Positions 22,843 to 33,400 of a stretch of 64,000 nucleotides of DNA are shown in pieces. Every line of letters starts with the position of its first letter. Positions within the stretch are counted from its first letter, which is position 1. The notes beneath the pieces were generated by a model. That model was not told where the DNA came from. It made no database searches and saw only the letters and a list, made by a program, of their open reading frames with translations. Source of the DNA: Vezdaea acicularis. Taxonomy: Eukaryota. The position numbers were made by a program, and so were the translations under genes. The DNA is taken from positions 62,001-126,000 of the forward strand of contig JAPEUI010000001.1 of NCBI GenBank assembly GCA_026025075.1, in the 5' to 3' direction.

Positions 22843-24454
22843 TATGCGCGTAACTACTCAGTTACGTCATTGATTCAAAAGCCAAGCTTGCGAAGGGCGA
22901 CTCTATAGACGGTAGAACCGTCAGACATAGAGCGCAAAAACAGATAAGTCGCTATGATGAACGATCATAACAAGGACAAAACAGGGCCGTGAAGGGAGTG
23001 TGCAAGGTAGTTAAGTTTATATGATGAGTCGAATAGGGGAATTTCTCCGGCCATTATGCCATTGTCGAAATGAGAGCGCTACGAGGGAAATCGCGCTCCT
23101 CAATCCTTTTGCTCCCAAACGGGCTCTTAGAATGGTCTAGCCCAAGCATTCCGAAACGTGCAAAGAACGCATAAGTCCTAAATTAGTACGCTAGATTTTG
23201 GTGCTGCGATAAGCTATCAACCATCACACGATGTTTTAGGATGCGTAGGCTATTTGCTTGGCGCGATTCTGCTTTAGACGTGCGCTTTGAAAGTTCTGGT
23301 CCTGCAGCAAGTAAAGGTCGCGATGATACACGGACGTGGCACTAAACGCCTCAAAATGGAAACGCTAGGACTCAGTCTTTCAGCATACGAGACCGCTAAT
23401 AATTGCCAGTCCATGTTCGAGCCTCCGGAATTTCCATCAAAAAGCCATGAGACGTCTATCCTTACATGCATTTGACAAGTCATGGGCCTTGATGGAGGCT
23501 TGCATCAGTTGTGAAGGGTGTGCGTATGAGTAGGCGCAGGCTATGATCATTCGGGTTTGATGCAAGCGTCGCGCAGAGTCAGAGCAGGTGGACCGCGACA
23601 AAGTAACATTTGACAGCAGTCAATTGTGTATGTATACACGAAGGAGATCTATGCTGCAGCGCTTCCTATCTACGAGGAACCACGCGGCTCTAGCCCAGGG
23701 TACCCACAGTCTAAGACATGGACTGAGCGGACTCGTGGTTACTACCTCCCGTTCATACCTACGGTCCTTGCATGGCTGATTGAAGTAATAAATCAATGGA
23801 AGTTCTCTGCACGTCGCTGAAGGCGCACATGCGTAGTGCTACTGTGCCGCAACGGTGAAATATGTAGGTTACTTCCTATAAATTCTTTTGGTTCGATAAA
23901 AGGTAGTTTCACTTTATCTCTTCCCGTTTTATCAGGTATTGCCTGCAGCCGACGTGCATCGCCTTTGTGTACAAAAAGCTTATTTGTCCCTTTCTTCATC
24001 TTGATCTATTGCCTCAACCTCGCCGGCTTAGCGCAGGGGTGGTGCTAGATGGGCGACCAAGATAAATTGTAAAGTAGATAGTGACTTAAGAGTAAAAGCA
24101 CCGCGGACTTGGGAATGCGAGGGCATAACAGTTAGCAGGGAGGACTGCCAGGGAATCTTCCCCCCACTTTGACTCCACAACTTCATACCCCTATTTTTAC
24201 TTATGAAAGGAGGAGTGCTAGCTCCTGCCGCGCTACTCATGCGTAGGTCCTTTGCCCAGCAAAAATGCCGATTGACGAGCCTCACAGTGGTGATCGAGTT
24301 GACAGGTGTAGAGGCCGAGCTCATTACTTTACTTATGATGGTGGCAATGGATGTGTTGATGATGCAAACTTTGCACTCTCTAGCCAGCGTTATATCTGCC
24401 ACTTACACCATTTCTGAGATCCTTAACCTGGAACAAGAAAGGTCCCTGTATACG

Positions 24455-24769
24455 CTAGCGCTTCGCTAGCAGGGTATATAAGGATCTCATTTTTCCTTCG
24501 TCTTCTTCTTCGTCTTCTTCTTCGTCTTCTTCTTCTTCTTCTTCTTCTTCGTCTTCTTCTTCTTCTTCTTCTTCTTCTTCTTCTTCTTCTTCTTCTTCTT
24601 CGTCTTCTTCTTCGTCTTCTTCTTCTCTCATACTTTCTGACACTATTGTGGGTTTCGTGCCTTGTGCAGGCCCCATTATCTTGCTGCTTTCTCCTCCGTT
24701 GGCCTCTAGCTTGCCTCTTTCTACGGTCTTGCGGCCATCTTGGAAGCCTACAATCCGTTCTTCTGGCAT
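24455..24769 (-). CDS. Short ORF with a 43-residue poly-Glu/Asp tract; coding status uncertain
   Basis: ATG-initiated 104-aa ORF with no recognisable domain. It may be open only because of the GAA microsatellite. Confidence 0.25.
   Translation of the reverse strand: MPEERIVGFQDGRKTVERGKLEANGGESSKIMGPAQGTKPTIVSESMREEEDEEEDEEEEEEEEEEEEEEEEDEEEEEEEEDEEEDEEEDEGKMRSLYTLLAKR
24497..24625. repeat. (TTC/GAA)n trinucleotide microsatellite with GTC interruptions
   Basis: 43 triplets, read directly. Confidence 0.95.
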
Positions 24770-24869
24770 TACTATGTTAGGTATTCGACCCCCTCTACTT
24801 CCTTAAGTTTCTTTTAAGGCTGGAGTTGCTCCGATGCACCTGGTGGGGCTACTATAGCTAGTTCGTAGG

Positions 24870-25860
24870 GAAGACCCTGGGTGGTTCAAAAAGCGGGCGA
24901 GAACCCTTTGGCAGTCTGTGGACAAGGCGCTGCTCTGCAAAAGCGCAAGTACTATCAGCACTACACGCACCTCTGCCACAACGTGGTTGACCCCAAGGTT
25001 TCCTCAATCCTAAGCTTGCAACCTGCTATCTTGAAACAAGATCCCCGATCATTCCATTGAAGTTGCAAATCAAATGATAGGATACTCGGACATCTTGTTC
25101 GGCATTGGCGAGTGGATCCTGCAGGTTTTCTGCAAACCCCTTGAGGGACCGTTACTAATTTTGATGATTTGTGAGAGAAACATGACGATTTTCTTCCCTT
25201 TTTGTGGGTCTTCGAAAGCAGGATGAAGCGGCTAGCTGGTAAGATCGAAACCTGGAGAGCGGCCAATACAACAACGCGAAATAGTGATGTAGACTCCGCC
25301 AAGGCTCGAGACAGAGCCTTTAAACGAATTGCCGTAGGGATTGAGGCGCTAGTTGACATACAACGATCTCAGGTAGGTTCTTCTTTACCCTTCCAACATT
25401 TGAGATACGTTATTCTTATAAATTGCTTGCTAATACGTGCTTTTAGGGCAAACTCCTCTTACTTCCTCTTGGCCGCTGGGTTGATCTGGCATCGTATTAT
25501 ATAAATATGTCGAAATATGCTGCCCACCTGTCCCAGTCCAGGGCAAAGCACCGTTCATTACTTCTGTTTCGGTCGAGGGTGAAGGCTCGTCTACCACTTC
25601 CAATCGCGCTAGAGTGGAGCTTCAAGGCCGCAAGGCCCATGCAGGCGTTGCCGGTGACTTTTGAGAGAATGAGCAACAGAGGGATCTGGGTACCGCGTTC
25701 GCAGATGGGAGAAGTTGCTTTGCGCTGAAGAATAGACACCTCTACTTTACTCTTCAAGCAGGAATGCATAACCCCTGATCTCATGGACCTTACGCCATGG
25801 CCGTATGAGACGTACGTATCGCTGGGGCGCCCTCGCATCAGAGATATCCTACTGCCTAGT
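24870..25860 (+). pseudogene. Degenerate coding relic with an intact-looking intron
   Basis: Protein-like frames are broken by TGA stops and frameshifts. An intron-like segment at about 25372-25447 reads GTAGGT..GCTAAT..TTTTAG. Confidence 0.35.
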
Positions 25861-26038
25861 TAGAATTTTAAGAAACCTCATTAGAAAATCAGGGATAGTA
25901 CAGAGGGATACCCTGCGTTGAGGTAGCGGTCCATCCGCATTGTGGTTGCGCGACTGGTGCGCCTCGCGGTGCATGCTTCTGCTCTTCTCTTCGCTCGAAC
26001 CCGACCACAAACTGTACACCTTCCCCCACCATTTCGAC

Positions 26039-26920
26039 CTAGCCAAGCCCAACTCCTGAGAGAGACTGGAGAATCCCAAGCTTTGCATCCGGGCTCTCCC
26101 ATACAAGTCCCTCCCTAGAATCGCAACACGATCGCGATACGTACGTTGCATTACAGGCGCACGGCCCCATACCGATGGACTCGAAGTCTCGTTTCCCCAA
26201 GAAGCCCCCAGAGGCTAGGCCTAAAGTGGTGATCCAGATGTTCAAGCTTTTGGGAGCACAAAGACCGTCCGACGAGTAGAGGCCAGGACCCAGCTCCTTG
26301 ACATTACAGACCCCCCAATCGCAGCCGTGGACGGGAAATGCGCCAGCGCAGTGTTCCATCTTAGAGCAACGCCACTTGCACTTGCCCGCAATGTACTTTC
26401 CCACATCCCTCAGCGTGTAATCAAGCGGGCTCTTCGTTCCTGGATTCTGATGAGAACGTCCTTTCTTCTTTCTTAGGGCTGCGTCTTTAGCAACCAGGTC
26501 CTGATATTTTCCTGAATTCCTCCCATCTCTGTACTGACGGGTATCGGCTTCGTCGCAGACGCAATGGCCAACACATTCATCATACGCAAGGAGGTACTGA
26601 GCCATCCCCCATCCTTCCGGCTGGGAGCAGCTGGTATGAATGAAGTCGCCCTCTCCAGTGCACTTACAATCTAAGCCAGGGGGACTGTTCGTCCCCGGTG
26701 GTAGGCAGAGGCTATTCCTTGTATACGAAAGGAAGTTGGGGGGGCCTCTTTGAGTTACGTATGTCAATTCTGCGCGGGGGGTTTCTGGGTATGCGCCAGG
26801 AGGGTCGAAGAATGTTCTCAGCTGAACATCACCATCTATGCATACAGGCGCATCGTAACGTCTATGGTATACGGCAATGGTTATGGGGATGAAAATGGTG
26901 AATAAGGAAAAGAGGTACAT
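26039..26920 (-). CDS. Secreted cysteine-rich protein (293 aa, 18 Cys, dibasic sites)
   Basis: Signal peptide MYLFSLFTIFIPITIA. Cys clusters of 8, 6 and 4 are separated by RKKKGR and GKR. Single intact ORF. Confidence 0.8.
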   Translation of the reverse strand: MYLFSLFTIFIPITIAVYHRRYDAPVCIDGDVQLRTFFDPPGAYPETPRAELTYVTQRGPPNFLSYTRNSLCLPPGTNSPPGLDCKCTGEGDFIHTSCSQPEGWGMAQYLLAYDECVGHCVCDEADTRQYRDGRNSGKYQDLVAKDAALRKKKGRSHQNPGTKSPLDYTLRDVGKYIAGKCKWRCSKMEHCAGAFPVHGCDWGVCNVKELGPGLYSSDGLCAPKSLNIWITTLGLASGGFLGKRDFESIGMGPCACNATYVSRSCCDSREGLVWESPDAKLGILQSLSGVGLG

Positions 26921-27599
26921 GACGAATAGTCAAAATAGTTTTTCGTGTCTGGTAAGGGTTTAAGCTTCCTCATGAGAACATCTATTTTCGATAAAGAAAA
27001 CCGACGCTGAGCCATAGGGGGGGGATCATAAGTTATTTAATGAAGCAATAAAAGCTTATTGCGCGATTTATGTAGCCCCATTGTACCAATCCAGACTTGT
27101 GGTATGGAATTGAAACACCAACACACCCCTTCCTAGTAAATTTGGTGGTTTCAAACCCTTAGCCTCTCGACGAATAGAAAGTTTCAAATGCCGAGTGCGG
27201 AATGATCACCGAGGGGCCTTTGCGCCGGTAGCTTGGCGAGCGCTATGACAATACTATCGAAACAAGATAATTGATGCTAAAGGTAAGTAGCAGGCCAAAA
27301 CAGAGACATGAGGTCTCGTTGAGCGCTTCGGGAATAGCCTCAATGATAAAGTCTTGAATTAGTAGTGTATGAGTAAATTATAACTTATTTCAAAGCTCCT
27401 TTCAAGCTTTGAATTTGTTATGATCACTGGGGATGGAGCCATTTAAGTTTCTCACCCGCCATATTACAAATTTGAACAGTTGCGAAAGTCATCTTTTGAG
27501 CTGCCGAAAATAATGCAATGTCCAATCACTGGGCCATAGCGCCTCGTTAATGCAGAAACTCAAAGCATCCACGAAAATAGCCGTGGAATCACGCAGAGG

Positions 27600-29856
27600 T
27601 TACCTCTCGTCATCCCAAACATTCCGTTCTTCTTCAACACCTCCGTAGCCTACATTTCGCCGACGCCGCTCATCCGCACCATCAGACTGGCCTGACGCAG
27701 ATATCACAGGCTCATCTTGATGAGCATCAACCGAAACGCCTGAAGGGTCTGGCCTATGTGTGTCATTTGCGTCTTCGAGAGGCGCACTGCTTGGCTCGAA
27801 ACCTGTACGAATTTCTTCTCCCTCATCCGCATCCGGGTATACCCTCCTTATAAAGTGTCTCAGCCTAGTGTTGCAGGAAAAACAGCTGAGTAGTAAAGAG
27901 TGAGTACTCACACATATTGCCTTGGTTCTTCCTCATTCCATTCTGCTCCCCCTTCTTTCCGAGCACGGACTCGCTCTTTATCCTCCGCTGCAGTGTCTTC
28001 AACGACCAAATCTACAAGCTGACTCCGGCTAGATTTTGCAGAGTTCGAAGAGGAGGTCTCATTTCGGAGGAGGCTTGCAGCCACGGGAGCTCGACTGCGG
28101 GTCTTGGAACCTTCGCGGCTGCCAGAACTTCCCGTGTGCTTGCCCTTATCCAAGGTTTTCCGGATGTCACTCTCGCGCCTCGCTCTACCGTCAACGGTAG
28201 GTTGGAGAAGATTACGATTTGTTGATGTAGTGATTATACTGGGTTCATGGTTCATCCATCTTTCCCGAGAAGCCTCGTGGGCAGTTATGACAGGATACTA
28301 GTACTACATCAGGACAAAGTACATCTTTAGAATTGGGTATCTCACATTCCAGTCACCGAATTCAAGAGATCTGGCGTTCTCATAAAGTCTTTCATCGTCT
28401 TGATCAATCTCGACGGACTCGACGTCATCGCTCGACCTTCCAGAATAATTCCAGCGATTTGAAGGATCTGTCGGGCTTGTATCCCGAGTTCGACTTGCGC
28501 CAGCTTCAGCTAATAGTGGCGTATGGCTGTTTGGTTCCCCAGGCTTAGGAATCCAGTATTTTCCCTTTCCTCCTCTTTCATACCTCATACCCTCCATCAT
28601 CCTTTTTACACGCGACCCAGACTCTTCATGAGCAAGCACATTGTCACCTGTGTCAAATAGACGATACTCATAGTTGCCTCCTCCAAATGTCTCTTTCGTG
28701 TCTTGGATTAAGTCAACTACCCCAAAAGCATCGCGGACAGCGTACAAGACCGGCATTCTCGCAGCCGAAATCGTGATATCTGCGTAGTCGTGCCATGAGA
28801 ATGCATACCAATGCGCAATAGCAAATGCAGGCATTTCGAAGCAAATAAGAGCATCTTGAATTGCTGCTGCGATATTATCAGGGGTATAACCTGTAACGTC
28901 TTTATCAGGAAAGGCCCCAAGAAAGACGATTATGGAAAGGAAGAACCCCTGCCAATAAGATGCGAAGATGATAAGCTTGATGCAGAGAAACTTCGGCACC
29001 GGTCTGAAAGGCTGAAGGTCGTGAGACATGCAGACCCAGAACATGCCCAACGAATACAAACTTAATGTCACGCTGATATTGTAAAGAATACCGCTCCAAA
29101 AATACCCCGAAGATAGTCCAATATATCCCTCTTTATATGTTCCGGTAGCCTTCATAATGATGGCAGCAAAGCTCAGGATCGGTTTGAGCCAAGCGTATTG
29201 CAAAATACCTCGCTTGATCGCGAGGAATGTATGAGGATCAGAGATGTCTACTTTCGGGAGACAGTGACTTAAAGGCCAGAGGTGGTTTACAGGAGGTCGA
29301 CCGTGCATCATTATTATGAGTGCACGTTCTCCGCCCAGAAAGTTGATCAGTAACTGGAAGAAGGTATATATTGTAAAAGCCTTATTGAAGTCAGCTGGCC
29401 TAGCCACATTGCTATGATTAGTGACCGATAAGTACCTCGTAGATGTCACGAACAGCGTCAACAAAGAAAGCTGCTTTTAGTGACATAATACTCGTCCATG
29501 ATGCCGCAGAGTAGATTGGCACCCTGTCACAGGTCAGTCAAATATGTGCGACAACAGATCGACCTTCCCACATGAGTAATATGCGAACGACATATCTCTG
29601 GAGCAAAGGTTTACGGTAATTCTTTCTACGAAAGTATCAGCAAAGTGGTTATATGCGATGGTATGACCGAGTTTCCACGTTTGTAGCCATATAGAGCTAT
29701 AAAAATTGATTAGCTATCTCATCCAATGAGTATTTATGCAAAAGGCACCGACACGAAAGATAGTATAGAAGCAGCTAGGGAAGCAACCCCGGCCACAATT
29801 ATGATTGCCCTCGTGAGCTTTTGCCCCGTCCCCCCACTGATATCGTTATACTTCAT
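27600..29856 (-). CDS. HFL1: TMEM184/OST-alpha family vacuolar membrane protein, Hfl1-like (multi-exon)
   Basis: Spliced N-terminus has KNYRKPLLQRYVVRILLMVPIY and DIYEAFTIYTFFQLL; core has PKFLCIKLIIFASYWQGFF; C-terminal EIDQDDERLYENARSLEFGDWNYPVI resembles the Hfl1 Atg8-binding segment. Confidence 0.85.
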
Positions 29857-30260
29857 CCTGTTGTATGAACGCAAGCTTCTTGACGCGTCTCCGCAAGGTG
29901 TAGGCTGCAAAGCCTGAAGCCCAGTTTTTGAGTTAAAGAGTGTGTAGATTCATCGATTGAGGTCTCTCCAAATTAGATAGCCTCTTCACATTTACAAGGG
30001 CTTTAGGGAGCTCTAAAATGGGTTTGGGCTGGAGATTCACTTTGGAAGGCTCCAATGACGTCGGATAGATAGAGCCCGGACTGACGCGAGGAGTTCGCCG
30101 CGATATTACAGTAGCGAACAGCCTGTAGTTTTGACAAGCCATCAAACTACGGGTCTCGGCTGGCAAAAGCATCTAAACTTTAATTTGCATTAAGCATCTC
30201 TAAGCCTCTGAGCTGTGCTTTTCGAGTTCTCTCAAAATTTAGTGTTCGTCGAGCAGTCAT

Positions 30261-30285
30261 GACATGAGAGCGACATGAGAGCGAC
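30261..30285. repeat. 11-bp direct tandem duplication GACATGAGAGC x2
   Basis: Read directly in the HFL1/CSF1 divergent intergenic region. Confidence 0.8.
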
Positions 30286-30458
30286 TAACGACTTGGTTCA
30301 AGCTTTACGGCTATGGTACTCTTATGGTGTATACCTTTGCTACACCAAGCAAACACCCCCAAGCCTTACAGACCCTCTCATGACTCCCCATTGCAATGCA
30401 AAGTCTTGAGAATACCCCGCACATAATACGTGTGCCTCCATATGTGGTCTAACTGTCA

Positions 30459-33400
30459 ATGGCACAATCAGCTGTAGTATCAAGTGAGACTGCGCCGAAA
30501 GACTATTCCTTTAATTGGTAAAGAATCTATCCCTTTCTCTGACTATCTATACTGACTTTGACTTGAGGCCCTTCCTTGTGGAGTTGATAGTCTGCATCAT
30601 ACTGTAAGGTTGTTCCCATACATGAGGGGCAAGGAGACTAATATTTATGCCTAACAGAACGATCTTCTTCCTCTTCTACTTCAATCGACTATTCGCCCAG
30701 ATCATCTCGTATGCTATTCGGGCGTACACCTGGCACCGATACCGAGTATACATCGAAATACGAGCCCTCCAGATTTCCCTTCTAGCAGGAAGAGTTTTCT
30801 TCACCGGCTTGCGCTATCATGGGAACAATGAAACCATTTTCGTCCATGCGGGCTATATCACATGGCGCTATTGGCTGCGAAAGACACGTCACGTCGATCT
30901 AAATAGATTCGGAGCATCCCCGCATTCGCGAGGCCTGGACAAGGATGGGAACAACTCCAAAAAGCGTGCAAAAAGCGTCAATGGAGAGGAAAAGGGAGGT
31001 GTGGAGAAGCCCAGTAACCTTCCATGTCGATTGGTCGTATCACTTCAAGGCCTTGAGTGGTTCATTTACAACCGAAGCATGGCGTATGACTCGATCCTAG
31101 CGTCCATGGCTGATACAGATGCCGCCAATGGGAAATTGAAACCCCATCTATCCAGCAGATCTCAGGAGTCCAATACTATCACGGCAACATCGTCTTTAGG
31201 CTTAGAGCAGAAATCATCGCCGAACAGCCAGTCGGGCATGAAGAAAAGACTCTCTCACCAGGCCAGCCCTTTTACAAGGATAAATAAGGAAGGAGATGGA
31301 GAGGAGACTAGGACAAATGCAGATACAGAATCTATCTCGCTTTCGCCTTCTGAGCTAGCTAATCATGAACAAAAGCAACCTACCTCAATATTATTAGACT
31401 TCCTCCCAGTCCATATTGAGTGCAATAAAGGAGGCATTGTGATGGGAAATGAGAACACGAAGAGCGTAGTCGTGACGAAATTTGATACGGCGAATGGGGA
31501 CATCGATGCAACTGCGGCCAGCTCACTCGATAGCTATAGACAGCTGATAAATTTCGAATTCACTAACCCCGATATTCGCATGCGCCCCAATTCGGACTTT
31601 AAAGAGTCACAGGCCTCGGCGGCAAGGCGAACCGAAAAAGAACCACAGGGTCGAAAGCCAGAAAAGAGCCCACGAGATCCCCTCTTGTTTTACCGAAGAC
31701 AAAAGCACCAGGTGTGGCATAAACTTCAGAATCTTATACCCTACTTACAGAGATCAGTCGAGTCGTTCTCACCGGGGGTTCACAGCACCATCAATAGCAC
31801 AATTGGCCAAGGCAGACAGGAACCAGACCATTGGATCGGACTATCTAGATACCTTGTCGACTCACCACAAGACCAACATGATCGCTGGAACTCTATTGAG
31901 TACGCCCAATGCCAAGACGTCTTCTCTTGTCCACAGCTAAGGATGATTATGTATTGGGATGTCGCTGGCACTGTTCGAAAGATTGATAGTGCACCCCCAG
32001 AAGCGAGTCTTCGTAGCCTTACGTTTATAAATGGGGCACCATCTCCAGAATGGGGTATTGACCTTTTCATTGAAGGCGGTATTGTGAAGTATGGGCCGTG
32101 GACAGACCGCCAACGGGCAGATTTGCAGAACATGTTTTTTCCAGCTGCATACACCGACGCCGTTCCAGCTTCTCAGTTAAAGCCCGGCGAGACTCGCCAG
32201 ACGACCGCATTTAAGCTCTTTATCGCGATAGACAAGATGATTACTATTCATATACCTACTCGTGAACAGTCAAAAGACTCGAAATGGAAAAATCGGGCCC
32301 AAGCATCTGAATTTGCTAAAACAGCATCGGATGGTCGTCGTACGAAGAAAAGAAATAAGACAGCGACCATCCAGAAAGAAACAGACCGCCCATTTGGATG
32401 GTTTGATATAAAGTTGGGGCCACAGTCTACTGTTAATTTTACCTTGGATATGCTCGCTGGGCCAAACGGATACAGAAACAAGCTCGACATTGACCTCCGA
32501 GACTTTGAAATTTCAACAAGCGTCAATCATGGCCTTCTCCTGAGCTCCAGAGAATCGGAGATTGCGTGTGATTTGTCCAATCCGTTGGAGTGGAATCTTC
32601 TCCATAAATGGAAAATTGACCTCACCAGTGACGGGCTAAGGCTTTTCCTGATTCGTGATCATGTCTTCCTTCTGACTGACCTAGTCAACGATTGGACAAC
32701 CGGTCCTCCGCCGGATTACTACACTTTTGTCCCCTTCCAGTACGAGATCAATTTTCGTTTATCGAATTTCCGGATATACATTAATGTGAACGACGCAAAT
32801 ATCATTGATGATCCGTCAAGCATGGACGACAATACCTTTATCTCGATCCATGGTACGGGGCTCAATGGTGATCTTTTCATACCTCTTGACAAGTATCGCC
32901 CGCAGCAAAATGAAATGACCTTTAATGTCACAGCGCACACTGGAGGCCTTGACTTGCATGTCCCACCGTGGAACACACAAGCAACGTTTCTTGATTCAAA
33001 GCATGTAGCGCTATTGAGTGAGATCGCGCTAGATGGTCGATATAACTACTACACGACCACTTCACCTTCCCTAACTGACACCCTAATTCTCGACGTCAAT
33101 GGCCTGAAGCTATCTGTCGAACTCTATGGGTTTTTGATTCGATACTTCCTCAAGATCAAGGACAACTACTTTGGAGACGATGTACATTTCAAGACATTTG
33201 AGGAATACAAGAACCCTAGCTTAAAAGACGCGGAGGTGGCTTCAGAACCTGACCTTCTTGAGGCCAGCCACGCCAAGTCAAATGATTTAGATGTAATCCT
33301 GAGTGTGGAAGCAAACGACGTCAGCATACTTTTGCCAGCGAATCTCTACACTGCTACAGATAACGTTCGACTCGACCTTACTACAGTCGCACTTGATCTA

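Noticed and set aside
23480..24380. Possible DUF3328/UstYa relic (GLHQL* on +; HQHIHC..LDHHC on -)
   Set aside because: The motifs are imperfect, on different strands and in stop-broken frames, with no TM anchor. They are likely chance, though a frameshift-aware HMM search with PF11807 would settle it.
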